From Mobula hypostoma (taxonomy: Eukaryota), in contig NC_086106.1 in the NCBI RefSeq assembly GCF_963921235.1, forward strand, positions 25,730,001-25,794,000: 64,000 bases of DNA, given 5' to 3'. Shown here piece after piece: positions 13,929-26,739 of this stretch (its first letter is position 1; each line of letters starts with the position of its first letter). Under the pieces are notes generated by a model. The model worked only from the letters and a program-made list of their open reading frames with translations. It was not told the DNA's origin and made no database searches. The position numbers and the translations under genes were made by a program.

Positions 13929-15146
13929 AGGCTACGTCCCCACTAGACCGGATAATTTTGAAAATGACAGGCGTCCACACTAGGCGTTTATTTCAAAATA
14001 TCTCTGTACCCACTACACCGGATATTTGGGCGATATTACTCCACTGTGGAAGCGCAGACACATCTACAGAAAACAAGCGAAGAGAAAACGGTTTAATATT
14101 TACGTTTCCGCGGCGGCGTTGTGCTATTTCCATTGGTCAAAAACTAGAATAACAGTAACAACAGCGAAAGAAAGTTTTCAGCAATGTCTTCGAGGAATAC
14201 AAAGAAAACCTCTGCTGGGAAAATCAGACCGGACTTCTTCGTTTAGACAGACAATGAAGTCGAGCTGTTTCTGCGAGTTACAAAAGACTACAAAGTCAGC
14301 ACAGAAGTGGTGATATTTAATTCCAAACAATCTATTAACGTAGACAATAAAGTAAACAACGCACGCATGAAGCCGTCCTCCACCCAAGATCAACAAGATC
14401 AACAATTACAAAATATTAAATGGTCAACTCGACATAAACTACCAATCCCACATCAAACCCAAACCAATTAGGAGCAGAAGATGGCATCAACTCAATTTGA
14501 AATACTAACTACTAAGTCAGATATGTGCAGCAATTCATTTTTCCCCCACACAATTAAAAAATGGAATAATCTTAATCCGAACACAGTCACACAATCAAAC
14601 CCAATTAAATTTAAGGCAAATTCTCTGCTTCAGAAATTTCCTTCTTAAGCCCACCCTCCGCCAGCTCCCGCTTAAATTCCATGCGGAATATTTTGGAGGA
14701 GTAAGAACCAAGAACTAAGAACCAAGAGAGTGGAATCTTCTGCCGGTAGACCTGCGCAGTATTTCTGACATTAATGTTTTTAAAGATAGACTCAATCAAA
14801 TCAATTTAGGGGAACTAGTCAAAAAAGCTCACTTTACAATTTGGCTCTCAGACCGTTCACACCAGTAGCACATTATAACAGCTGTCCGACAGTGCTTGCG
14901 CATTACCAAGCAGAAGCAGAAAAAGCAGTGTTGTGGTGTTGTCATGAAACGTTTTTAAATCTCTCCGTTTACCCGGTTCACACTACAACGCGAAACAGTC
15001 GTTTTCAAATTTACACAGCCTGGAGAGTGTTTTCGAAACTCTCCGTTTTCGGGGGCTGAAAACGCCGTTTCAGTGTGGACGGAGGGACCAAGCCAAGAGA
15101 AAAAGCTTCGTATTCAAAATTATCCGGAGTAGTGAGCACGTAGCCT
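13929..15146. mobile_element. Non-autonomous PIF/Harbinger-type element
   Basis: ~35-bp TIRs AGGCTACGT..CACTA..CCGGATAATTTTGAA; flanks TAA/TAG. Confidence 0.7.
14395..14728 (+). mobile_element. 3' end of a CR1/L2-group LINE nested in the Harbinger element
   Basis: NSFFPHTIKKWNNL motif and an (AAGAACC/T)n tail. Confidence 0.65.
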
Positions 15147-15340
15147 TAGGGTGAGGTGGATGTTCTTTCACCAGAATATCGGGCATGTTTGATGTTTTAT
15201 GAGCTATGGTTGCTTGTCTGCTGAAGAAACAACTGTGATCGAGCAGTTTCTATCTGTATTGGAGATCACAGGGGTAGATAATGCTGGTGTTAAATCAATG
15301 CGAATATTGAGAGGGCAATGTAAATATTGAGAACACAATG

Positions 15341-15726
15341 AGCTGGAAGGCACAAAGATAAACAATGGAATCTGGAAGAGTTCCGGAAATATTTAAATTA
15401 TACTGTTGGCCAGTGTTGTTCAGCGAACCTGAAATCCTGAGCGGAATGCCTTCAGATTGAACCGCGTTTCCAGTCCAGAATATTATCAACAACTTTTTCA
15501 GAGATTTTCCAGAATGTTACCAGTTTCCGAGTAGCTGCATCTCAGTGACACTGTCTCTCCTTCATCGATTATTAATTCCCGCCCATCCTGAGTCGCCGAG
15601 TTTGCCCTACTTGAATCTGTCAAAACTCCCAGAGCGTGTGAGCGGAGCCGAGTCGCATTGACCACGAAGGACAAGCGCTAACCGATTAGGCCGAGACACA
15701 CCAGGGAGAGCAGCCGTTAGGATCAT
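15341..15726 (-). pseudogene. TCR V pseudogene (family D)
   Basis: NSATQDGRELIIDEGETVSLRCSY..RISGSLNNTGQQYNLNISGT..DSIVYLCAF; stops and frameshifts; heptamer CATTGTG. Confidence 0.75.
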
Positions 15727-17658
15727 CGACCAACACAGGGAAACATGTTGTCTGCATTAAATCAATAATAGGATTTTATGAAATTGTTACGGGAGAGAAG
15801 GTGATAGATGGAGTTCAGGGGCAGAAGAGACTCAGTGGACCTAGAAAGCGTGTCTCTCGCACCTCATTCGTCACTTACTCAAGGCGTAGGATTATGGAAT
15901 TAATCAGAACAATTACCTGTTCACAGAATCTCTCAGTTTCCCACTCATGATCTCTCCCGGCGATCTTCTTCCTGTAGCCTGAATTCTTTCCACACAGACC
16001 CTCCTTGCTTTGTTTCTCTTCAGTAATTAACTTCTCAACTGTGTGTCACTCTTTTATCCTTTCTCCTTCCGCTTCTCCTTTCCTTTCTCAGTTTTGTTCT
16101 CCCTCTCTTTTACCCAATTTGCTTTTGCTTTCTCTATTCTGCACCCTCTGACACCCACTCACATGCACGCACACTCCCCTCTGTCTCTCTCTCTACCTCT
16201 CTCTCACTCTCTCTCTCTCTCTCTCTCACTCACACACACACACACACACACACACACTCTCTTTCTCTATCGCTCGTTTGCTCTGTGCCACATGCAATAA
16301 CACATTTTGTATAATAAAGATTATACGATGTTGAAATTCGGAAAGGAGTTTGTTCACTTGTTTTACTGTTCCGTGAGGCGCCTGGAGACAATGCAGCGAT
16401 TAATATCATGTAGACCAATTCTGGGATATGTGCAGACAACCGAAGGTTGGATGCTGATGTTAGAGAATGAAGATGATACCTGGAATGGCGAAATTGCCTG
16501 TTCTTTCTCCTCTTGCTTATGATTGTTACGCTGTAACTCATCCTGGTTACTTTGGTTGACTGTTCAGAAATTTGATTGGCTCAGTTCATTTTCTCAGTAA
16601 ACAGAGCAGAAAGCATTGTGACGATAGTCAAGGGCAAAAACGAGAACAACTTTCTTCTGTGGTTCCGGATTTAAAAGGAAAATGGACTCCCTCTCCACGA
16701 GGCACATTCACGGAAGCTTCATTCGGAGTGCAGTGGCTCTCCTGTCAGCAGATGGTTCTGCAGGTTCCGTGTTTATAGGGCTGAAGATGCAGTCTGCCAA
16801 AAATAAAAACGTATCGATTGAACGGTTTTCATCTGTGTTGCAGAGAGAAGGATAAGCATTATTGGACATATAAGGTTTTGATCTGGCTTACACAGTGGAC
16901 CGAGGACACTTCTCCTGGCAAAAGCAGCCGGGATATTGAGACTTCGATAGAATTGAGAGACATTGCTTTCAGAATGTGGGCTGAATATGGTGGAATCAGA
17001 CCAGAAAAGGTAGGCAACCTGCGACCAGATAGGGAACGGCTATCGGGAAGCTGGGCGGAGCGGGGTCCAAATAAGTTATCAAGAGGGGATCGGAGTAGGA
17101 GTGGTAGGACAATAATTCTCAGGGGGCGGGTGCAGCGGATAGGACAGGAGGAATTTTCTGAGGGGTTTCACTTTGATCAGAAGGAGAGAAAGGGAACGGG
17201 ATTCCCAGAACATTTGAACATTCATAAATAAAACTTAATAACGTCGTTTTGCAGATACCCCATGGGAAAATACGGTGCAGTTCCTTCAGTTTGCATTTTG
17301 CCTCATCCTGCTGTTGGTGGAAGCCGGCAATGTCCAACTCTCCCTTTATATCAAAACGCCATCCTCTTCTGTGCATCTTTCGGTCCTCCTCCCCTTCCAG
17401 TTCGAAACTGTAAGCAAATAAAGAAAAGCAATAAGCAACGTCTTTTCTGAGCATAGGAGTCGGGTGTTCAATCTCTTGTCGCCTAACGGTGTTGTCTTCA
17501 TAGGGCTCTGTCCTGGGAAGGTTTGAAGGTGCCTGAGTCTCGTGGCTGAGCTCACTTTGATGTGGAGGTTAGGCTGAGGTCACCCTCTGGTATGAGAGCT
17601 CACTGCAGTCAGGATATATATTTTTTGTCCAGATCTGCCTGCATCCCCAAAATCTGTG

Positions 17659-17938
17659 GGCTAATTTGTGCAAAGATACAGCGCAGAAACCCACACAAGA
17701 ACTCCGGAGATAGTTTCCTGCTCTGGAAATCCGACATCCTGACAGGGTTGTCTTCAGACCGAGCCACGTATGCAAGGATGAACATTGTAATGATTTTTTC
17801 TAAAGTTTCCACAATGTTAATTGTTCCACAGATAAGCAATGGCATACCCTGAGTAATTTCAGCTCAGCGACATGCTCTGTCCTTCCAAGTTCAATAATTC
17901 CTTCCGATCCTGAGTCAACTAATCTGCCCCGTTCGTAC
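17659..17938 (-). pseudogene. TCR V pseudogene exon with RSS (17620-17658)
   Basis: GTNGAD*LTQDRKELLNLEGQSMSLS*NYS..SALYLCTN; RSS CACAGAT-23-ACAAAAAAT; no clear leader. Confidence 0.8.
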
Positions 17939-18039
17939 CTTTAACAAACCCAAAGTTTCTGAGGGGCGCCGGGTCAATATGGGTTGAGTCAAGAAACTGC
18001 AAGTTTTAAGGAACCCTGCAGGCAGCTATATACAAGCCT

Positions 18040-19585
18040 CCCGACAGTAGCTAGAATGTGGAGTACAGATTACAAGAGGAAATAGAAAAGGTGTCTCAAA
18101 GGGTAATGTTATGATAGTCATGGGAGATGTCAACATGCAGGTTGATTGGAAAAGTCAGGTTAGATATGGAGCTCAAGAGAGTGAGTTTGTTGAATGCCAA
18201 TGAAACGGCACTTCAGAACAAATTGCCCGTCACCCTACAAGGGGATCAGTTGTACAGCTTTGGGTGTTGTGTAATAAACTAGAGATAATTAGTGACCTTG
18301 GGATAAAAGAGCAATTTGAAGGCAGTCCTTCCAATATGATTGAGTTCAACTGGAAATTTGCCAGTGGGAAAGTAAAGTCTGACGAAACAGAATTTCAACA
18401 CAGTAAATGAAATTCCAGTGGTATGAGAGAGGAGTTGGTCAACGAATTCAGAGTGGAGGACTTGGAGGACAGGCTGCAAGGGAGGACAGCAGAGCAGTAA
18501 GGGCGTGAAATTCTGGGAAAAATGAGAAAGGTGCCCGATAGCTGTCTCCAAAAATGAGGAAACACGCAAATGGAAAAGTAGTACAACCGTGGCTGACAAG
18601 GGGAGTCAAAGCTAATGTAAAGGCAAAAGAGCGGGTATACAGCAACGCAAAAATTAGTAACAAGACAGAGGATCAGGACGCTTTCAAAACCCTAGAGAAC
18701 AACTAAAACAACCATTAGCAAACATTAGCAAAATGGATACTATAAGGTTTTTCTTCAACAATGTAAAATAATAAAAGCGAGATGGGAGTGCATATAGAAA
18801 GCAAGAAACTGTCGCCGAAGAAATAATGCTGGGAGACAAGTTGATGACAGATGAACGATATGATTATTTCGCATCAGGCTTCCCTGTGGAATATGCGAGC
18901 AGCGGGTCAGACGTGGAAGGGTGCAGGGGAAGACATCTGAGTGCAATTACAGTTACAAGGGCGAAAGTCCTCAAAACGCTGAAGGACAGAAGGGTATATA
19001 AGTCATCCGAACCAGATGAACTGCACACTTGCGCCCTAAAAGTTGTAGCGGTAGAGATTGCGGAGGCATCAGGAATGATTTTTCAAAATCATTGTCAATG
19101 ATATAGATGATGGAATAGATGGCTGTGTTGCCAAGTTTTGTAGATGATACAAAGATTGATGGAAGGTTCAGAGGAAACTTGCAGGCTGCAGAAGGACAGA
19201 AAGATTAGGAAAATGGGTCAGAGAGTGGCAGACGAAGTACAATGTACCAAGATGAATGTCAACCCATTGGTATATGAAATAAATGTGCAGACTATTTCGT
19301 AAGCAGGGAGAAAATCCAAAATTCTACGATGCAAAGACATTTGGTGGATCCAAGTGCAGAACGGCCGGGCGGTTAACTTGCAGGAAGTGTCGATGGTGAG
19401 GAAGGCAAATAAAAACTTAGCATTCATTTCAAGATGTCCAGAATACATGGGCAGAGATATAATGCAAAGGATTTGTAAGACAAGCGAGGCCTCACCTTGA
19501 GCATTCTGAACAGTTTTGGGTTCCTATTTTAACAAAGATGTACTGACATTGGAAAGGGTTCAGAGGACATTCACAAGGATGACAC
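18040..19585 (+). mobile_element. Old internally deleted CR1
   Basis: Endonuclease (MGDVNM..DW) and RT remnants; paralogous to 54330-55845. Confidence 0.8.
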
Positions 19586-19770
19586 CGTCACTCCCGCAAG
19601 CAAAGCAGCATTCCAACTAACTGAAAAATGTAGTCGGTAATTTCTCCCCTTTCCCATGGAGTTTAGCCTTCTTAAGTTAATCACGTAACAGTGGTGGCTA
19701 TGTGTTTGCACCCCGGCTGTTTCCCGGCAAAGGGCTCCCTCTAGCGAGCGCTCACTGCATCACGGAGTTC

Positions 19771-19809
19771 GGATTTTGTCCAGAGCCGGCATCGCCTTGC
19801 AACACTGTG
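19771..19809 (-). other. 23-RSS
   Basis: Heptamer CACAGTG (19809-19803), 23-bp spacer, nonamer ACAAAATCC. Confidence 0.95.
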
Positions 19810-20233
19810 GGCATCATGGCACAAAGATAAACGGCGGAATCCGACACAAGAGCACCAGAGATGTTCAAATGGGCTGCCTTGCTGTCACGCTGCCAACCAG
19901 CGGTAAACCTCGCTGGATTCCGGTCCATTATCCCAGTGCTATATACCGTCAGCAAATATCTTGGAGATTCCACCCGATGCTGAATGTACCAAAAAATATA
20001 TGTAGGATCGCCAGTGTAATTACAGTTCATTGTTACACTTTGTTCTTCCGCAATCGTTAATTCAAGAGGCCATTGCGTCACCGAATCCTTCCCATTTGTT
20101 CCTGCAATAAAAGGACAGAATGCATGAACAGATCGGGCTTTCTTCGTACATACAGAACAGATATAGGCCGTTACCGCGGAGACTCACCGGGTATCGTAGT
20201 CAATATAATCAGCAGATAAAACTGATAATTCAT
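19810..20233 (-). CDS. TRAV: Intact TCR alpha/delta-type V segment (leader exon 20233-20188, V exon 20101-19810)
   Basis: Leader MNYQFYLLIILTTIP, GT-AG intron, open V exon GTNGKDSVTQWPLELTIAEEQSVTMNCNYT..FWYIQH..LNISGALVSDSAVYLCAMM with Cys23, Trp41 and Cys104. Alpha versus delta cannot be separated from the V alone. Confidence 0.9.
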
Positions 20234-20359
20234 GATGTCTGCTGTCAAACTCGATCGAAAGAGAGCTTACTTTCAATAAGTTAATATCCTTGACTGATAT
20301 TGAAGAGTAAACTCAGAACTGCAGCATATTTCAGCTTGCGTAAGTCTGGGGGCGTTGCC

Positions 20360-20441
20360 CTGCCAATGGATTGGTTGGCTGTCAGCACCGATCTGCGCTG
20401 GTCCAATCACCAATCACAGATCGGTTTGTTTCAGTTCCTCT
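20360..20441 (-). promoter_or_regulatory. Candidate V promoter: ETS-IRF composite plus CCAAT boxes
   Basis: AGAGGAACTGAAA about 200 bp upstream of the ATG, with several ATTGG/CCAAT; repeated at 56.7 and 60.07 kb. Confidence 0.55.
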
Positions 20442-21699
20442 TTATGCTATTCTAAATCCGATGCCCGGAGCTGTAAATAACGTCGCGCTGACCACCGTGC
20501 GAGAGTGGTTATACTTCACTCTCTCTCTTCCATTCTTCTTCCAGTCAGGGTCACATCCCTATTTCTCTCTCCCTCCCCCCCCCCCGCGATATTTATCGCT
20601 CTACTCTCTGTTCTGTCGATCACCATCTCTCACTCTCTCACTTTTTCACTTCTCTTACGTCTCCCCAAGTTATCCACTTTGTCATTCCATCATACCAAAC
20701 AGCCCACATTCTCCCCCTATTTTACTCACCATATCAACCTCCCACCGTTTTCCCTGGATATCACTTCCTCTGCCCACTCAGGAGATAAATGCGTCTGAAT
20801 GTGAACTCGCAAACCGCAATTCACACTCAGACGCATTTATCTTCACATTTCTCCCCTCTGGCAAGCGGGCGAAACGCCACTGAGGCAGACAATAAGAAAA
20901 ATGTCTTCACTCAGGAGAATGGGGGATGTGCTTTGTGTGCTCGTCTCTTGTCATAATGCGGTTCAGCCTTGTCTCTCCAGGAAAGTTGTTGTCGCTCCTG
21001 TCTTGTGGAAGGACGATAGTTGGATGAAAAATTTGCAGATGCTCAAAATCCAATGCAACTCAAAAAACTCAGGAGGGAGTCAGCAGGTCAGGCGGAATCT
21101 GTAGAAAATGTAAATAGTCGACATTTCGGCCCGAGACCCTTCTTCAGGACTGAGAAGTAAGGAGGGGGATGCATAAATTAAACCGTGAAGGAACATGAAA
21201 GAGTCTGACTGAAAGGGATAGGTGAAACCAGGTAGCTGGTAAAGGCCAAGCACTGTAGAACAAAGAAACTGACGATCTTATTAAGTAATGATGCGACTGA
21301 ATTGCGGAGCAGGTTCGACGGGTCAAACGGCATACTCCTAGTCTTATTTCTTACGGCCTTATGTTCGGCCCTTCCACGGTCATTAATTTCCTCATTTCCT
21401 GAGTTACCGAATTTACCCCACTCGTATCTGTAACAACTCTCGCAGAGGGTGAGTGGCCCCGAATCTTAATGACGGTGTAGAACACGCGCAAACTGATGAT
21501 GAAGAAATTATCCAGACAGAGCAGCCATTAAAATCGTCAACAAACACGAGCGTGATACGGTGTCGGCCTTAACATCAACAATAGGATTATATCAAATTTT
21601 GAGCCAGCTGAAGGTAATTACGTCACGTCAGGAGCATCAGAGGCTCGGGGGAGGCACGTGCCCTTCCTCCCGAACGGGATTGGTATATTGCCTATGATG

Positions 21700-24067
21700 T
21701 GCCTTCGACTTGAAAGGCGTGATGGCTCCCGGTCGGATTCTCTTAGGGCTTCATTTTACCCCTCTTACTTTGCATAGTGTAGTAGATGTCTGTTGTGTCT
21801 TCTTCATGGCAGATGTTGGAGACCTGGGAGATCCAGAGTCGCCCAGGGAACTACATCTGGAAGGAATGCATCTGGCTGAATCTCCTCGAAGACCATGGTA
21901 GGGATCTGGAGTGACCAGCTCAATGACCTTCGGCTTGTACAGCAGAGCGAGAAGATAATCGATCGGAGTCATAGGGAAGTAGCCAGTAGAAGCTGCAAGA
22001 GGCAAGTGGCTATTGGACTATCAGGAGAAATGGAAATCTGAATAGACAGCACAGCTGTGGTCATTCCTGTCAATAGTAAGAATATTTTTCTGCATACCAA
22101 TCTGGGGGATGAATTCACAGGGGAATGCTAAGGTGCCAGGGCTACTGAAAAGGAGCATAGGCTCGTGCTGCAGATGGGAAAGAGGAAGAAGAAAGGAGCG
22201 GTAGCAATAGGGGACTTAACAATCATGGGAACAGACTGGAGATTCTGAGGCTGTGAGCACAGCACCTTGATGGTATGCTGCCTCCCACGTGTCAGTTTCG
22301 AATTGCGTCCACGACATTTTAGAGAGGGAGGGACAGAATCTAGATGTCATGGAAAACATTGGCATCAATGACAGACGAAGAAAGAGCAAAAGAGATCTTG
22401 AAAAGCGTATTTGCAAAGCAAGGAAGAAGGCGCTAACAGATGTTGGCCGGTTCGAGGGATGTGCAGTTACTATTACAAGGCTCAAAGAGCCGAAAGAGCT
22501 AAGTCACCTGTACAAGGTGAACTACAAACTCAGGTTCTGAAAGATTAGTGGTAGTGATTATGGCGATATTATTAATGATCTCTCAGAATTACTGGACTGT
22601 GGCATGGTGCCAGAGGAATGTAAAATTAGAAACTTCACTTTACTGTTTAAGAAAGGAAGAAATTAAAGACCTTTTAGCCTGATATCAGTGGATGCGAATA
22701 TGTTGGATTCAATTGTTAAGGATGAATTATGAAACATTTGGTGACACAGGACCAGATAGGAGAAAGTCAGCATGGTTTCAAGGAAGATATTGCCTGACGA
22801 TCATGTTGGAATTATTTGAGGGGACTACACGAAGGTCAGATAAAGCGGGTGCAATGGATGTTGTATGTGATGAGTTTCATAAGGTTTTTGCCAAGGTGCC
22901 AAACGTGAGGAAGCTTACCAAGTTAAGAACGTTTGGTATTACAGGAACGTTACTGGTATGGTTATAGCACCAGCTGTTTGGCAGAAGGTAGCGAATAGAA
23001 CTAAAATAATCACTCTCCGGTTGGCTGCCGGTGAGAAGCGGTGCTCCGCAGGGGTCCGTGCTGGGACCAATGGTTCTGATGTTGTACATCAATGATTTAA
23101 ATGATAGAACTCTTCACTTTGTTGCCAGGTTTTTGCATATGATACGAAGACTGATGAAGGGTTAGAGTGTATTGATAATCTACAGAAGGCCTGAGACAAA
23201 TGACCAGAATGGGAAAGAGAACGGCAAATGAAATATAACGTTGGAAAATCATGGTCATGAACTTTGTTGGAAGAAGTAATTGTGCAGACTATTTACTGAA
23301 CGTGGACAAAAGCCAAAACGAAGATGTGCAAAGATGCAACGCGGCTTGGTAGTCCTTGTGCAGATCACCCTAAAGGTTAATTTTTTCGTAGAGTCGGCGG
23401 TAAGGAAGACACCAGACAATGTTAGAACTCATTTCAGGGGGTCGAGAATACAAGAGTAGCGATGTGACACTGACGCTTCAAGGCACGGGTGAGGTCTCAC
23501 TTTGGGGATTGCGAATAGCTTTGGGCTCTTCATTGAAGAAAAAATCCGCTCGCATTGGAGATATTTCAAAGGAGGTTGCCAAGGATGATTCCAGTAATGC
23601 AAGTGTTATCGTACGAGAAAAGTTTGATACTTATGAGTCTGTGTTCGCTGTAATTTAGAAGGATGAGGGGGGAATCTCACTGAATCGTTTCGAATGTTGA
23701 AAGCCCCTAGGCAGAGTAGATGTGTAAAGGGTGTTTCATACGCTGGTGGAGTCTAGGAGAATAGGGCAAAGGGTCAGGCGAGACAGGCGTCAACTTAATA
23801 CAGAGATGCGGAGTAATTCCATCAGCGCGAGTGTGGTGAATTTATTGCATTTGTTAGCACAGGCAGCTGTGGAGGACAGGTGGTTGGGGATACTTAAGGC
23901 AGAGCGTGATATGTTTTTGATTAGCCACGGTATCAAAGGTTCCGAAGGGACGGCCGAGAGTGGGGCTGCAGAAGGATCAAACGATCAGTCATGATTTCCT
24001 GCAGGAGCAGATTCCATAGGCCAAAAGCCCTAATTCTTCTACTAAGTTTTATGGTCTTATGTTCTTA
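21700..24067 (+). mobile_element. Decayed CR1 (ORF1 and ORF2 remnants)
   Basis: DEFHKVFAKVP, PQGSVLGP remnants; TATGGTCTTATG-type 3' tail. Confidence 0.8.
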
Positions 24068-25546
24068 CCCTGTCTTTCAAAATGAACAAGCTTTAGCAGT
24101 CTTTCAATTCTTCTTCTCGGACCTCATCGCGCGTCGTCTTCCTGCTGTATCGGGACCAGAATATGTCTCGTTCCCTTCTTTATCTCCCTTAATCACTCTT
24201 TTCACCTGTTTCCTCTCCTTTCCGCGCATTCTCTGCACTCCGCTCTTTCCGTTTCTCTTTTTTTTGTCCTCCACTTTGCGTCTCTAACTGTCGTTCACTC
24301 ACTTTCCCTTCCCCTTTCTCCCTCTCTCTCTCTCACTCTCTCTTTCTCTCTCTCACTCTCTCTCTCTCTGTCTCTGTCTCTCTCTCTTTCTCCTCTCATT
24401 CTGTAGCTCTCTCTTCTATCTATCTCCTACCTCTTATGCACGGATTCCATGTGGATGCTCCTAATAGGCAATCATTTATCCCTCGCATAGGTGTATTCCT
24501 TCTTGTCCAAAACTGTTCTTGGGGTTCTGGGTGTGTTGTAGCTCTTATCGCCCTGCCACTTCGTCCTCTTGTAGCCTCTGAGCAGGGAGGTTGTGTTGTC
24601 TCAGGACGGGGCGTTGTACGATGTTCAGCAGGATGCGCTCCGTTCCATGTGCCCATTCTACGCAGGATCTGTTCTGTCCAGATCGGCAATCACACTGCAT
24701 TAGGGAATGCTGATCATGCAAATATACATAGTGGAACCCTGCACAAGACCACTGGATATATTTGAATCCAAGCAGTGGCCATTTCATGTCCAAACAACCT
24801 GAAATCTTCACCGGTGTAGTTTGCTACTGATTTTCACTCTCATAAGTCAACCACGTGATTCTTGCTAATATTTGGGTGCGCCACTTCGAGTTTTCTATCA
24901 CGACCCGCCCTCTAGCGACGGTTCACTGCATCACACCTCGCACACACAGTATGTACTTTCAACATAAATTCACTATGAACAATGACCATTTCTCACAGTC
25001 CGTTAATGCAACGACCAAAATACTGTTTGCATTCTCTATCACGCTAAGCATCCGCAGGACCTGTCGCATTATCTAAATACTCAGTCTAAATCATAAGGAG
25101 CTACTGCAACATCCTTAATTTCAGCAGCATGACACTTGCTATTCTTTGTCAAACTAAAACAACGATTTGCTCACGCTCTGTTTTCCCTCAGTGAACCACT
25201 GTCCTATTTAAATATATTGCAGTTCCACTCCGGCCTTATTGCTTCTCTATGCAGAAGCTCGAACAATGTAGCCAAATACGACGTCATACTAGGTTGCCAA
25301 TCGCGATATGCCGTTGCAGCACAGAGGGTGGGTGAATGCACATTGCCGTATCCCGGAAATACATTATAAAGATCCAGTTCGGGTGCGCATTGTAGTCATG
25401 AACTGTTCCATTACCTTCGGCGCCTTGTGTTGGTGATTGCAGCGCTGTTAAGTAGGGCACGTGACCACTGCTGATTTCAGTGTGCGCACTCCCAATTTAC
25501 CGGCAAAAGACCCCTCCAGTGAGAGCTTTTTGCATTGTACAGAACC

Positions 25547-25585
25547 AGTTTTTGTCCGGACCCGCCGTCTTCAGGCAACAGCGTG
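25547..25585 (-). other. 23-RSS
   Basis: Heptamer CACGCTG, 23-bp spacer, nonamer ACAAAAACT. Confidence 0.9.
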
Positions 25586-26017
25586 ATGCTCATTGCACAG
25601 AGATAGAAGCCAGAGTCCGTCACAAGAGCTTTAGTGATATTCAGTTGAGCAGTCTTGCTGCCTTTCTGCAAACTAGCGGTAAATGTAACTGGACAATCTG
25701 GATGCCGCTCCATTTTTCCTGTGCTATATACCTTCAGCAAATACTCTGGAGATCCTCCACTATGTTGAATGTACCAAAAGGTATCTTCATCAGCGTCAGT
25801 GTAATTACAAATCATTGTTATGGTCTGCTCTTCCTTAGCCGTTACGTCGGGAGGATCCTGCGACACTGAATCTATCCCAGACGATTCTGCAAGAAAGGAC
25901 AGAATACATTAACATCGCTAGCTTGTATTGAACACCAGAGAAATTCGCGGGCCACTTTAGCAGAGACTCACCAGGCAGCAAAGCCAAAGAAATCAGCAAT
26001 AAACAGAGTAAAATCAT
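25586..26017 (-). CDS. TRAV: Intact TCR alpha/delta-type V segment (leader 26017-25972, V exon 25886-25586)
   Basis: Leader MILLCLLLISLALLP, GT-AG intron, open frame DSVSQDPPDVTAKEEQTITMICNYT..FWYIQH..MERHPDCPVTF..DSGFYLCAMS. Confidence 0.9.
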
Positions 26018-26261
26018 GGTGTATAATTTCGCTCTGAATCGAATGGCAGATTCCTTTCAGGACGTAATTATACCAGATATTGTGATGCGAGATTGTTTCA
26101 GCCGTACCTTTCACCTTGTGTAGAACCGAGATTTTTCGCGGTTTAAAGGATTCGCTGACAGAAAGAACCGATACCTTCGGCGGAACAATCAGAATCTGCT
26201 TCGTGTCCATACCGTTATTCTGCCTATTTCTTTGCTGTATACTGGTACCTCTTCCTACCTC

Positions 26262-26337
<76 letters not shown>

Positions 26338-26739
26338 CAGTCTCATGTTTTGTGGAACACCTTCCGTAACCCTACATTTACTCAGAAGTGCCACAATCAA
26401 AGTGACAGTGTACTCGAACTGAATGTCAATCGAATAAGTCAACCATTTATTCCCCAGTCATTTTCTGACAGTGGGAAAAACATCCCTCGTTGCTACATGT
26501 CGATGTCAATAACATTACTACTCCAATCGCCATGAGAGTGATATCCTATCCAAAATTTTCCCGGAATATAAAAATATTGTGTTCGCAGAGATTCCTTCAT
26601 CCTTGAGGAAATCTATCAAAGACAATTGCGACAAAGATGTTCAATGTGCACTCGAGCTTTGCGAAGATCCTGCGTCATCGTGTGATCTCTCATGGATTCA
26701 ACGTAAGTTCTTTAGCTTGTACGATTTGTCTTGGCGGAA

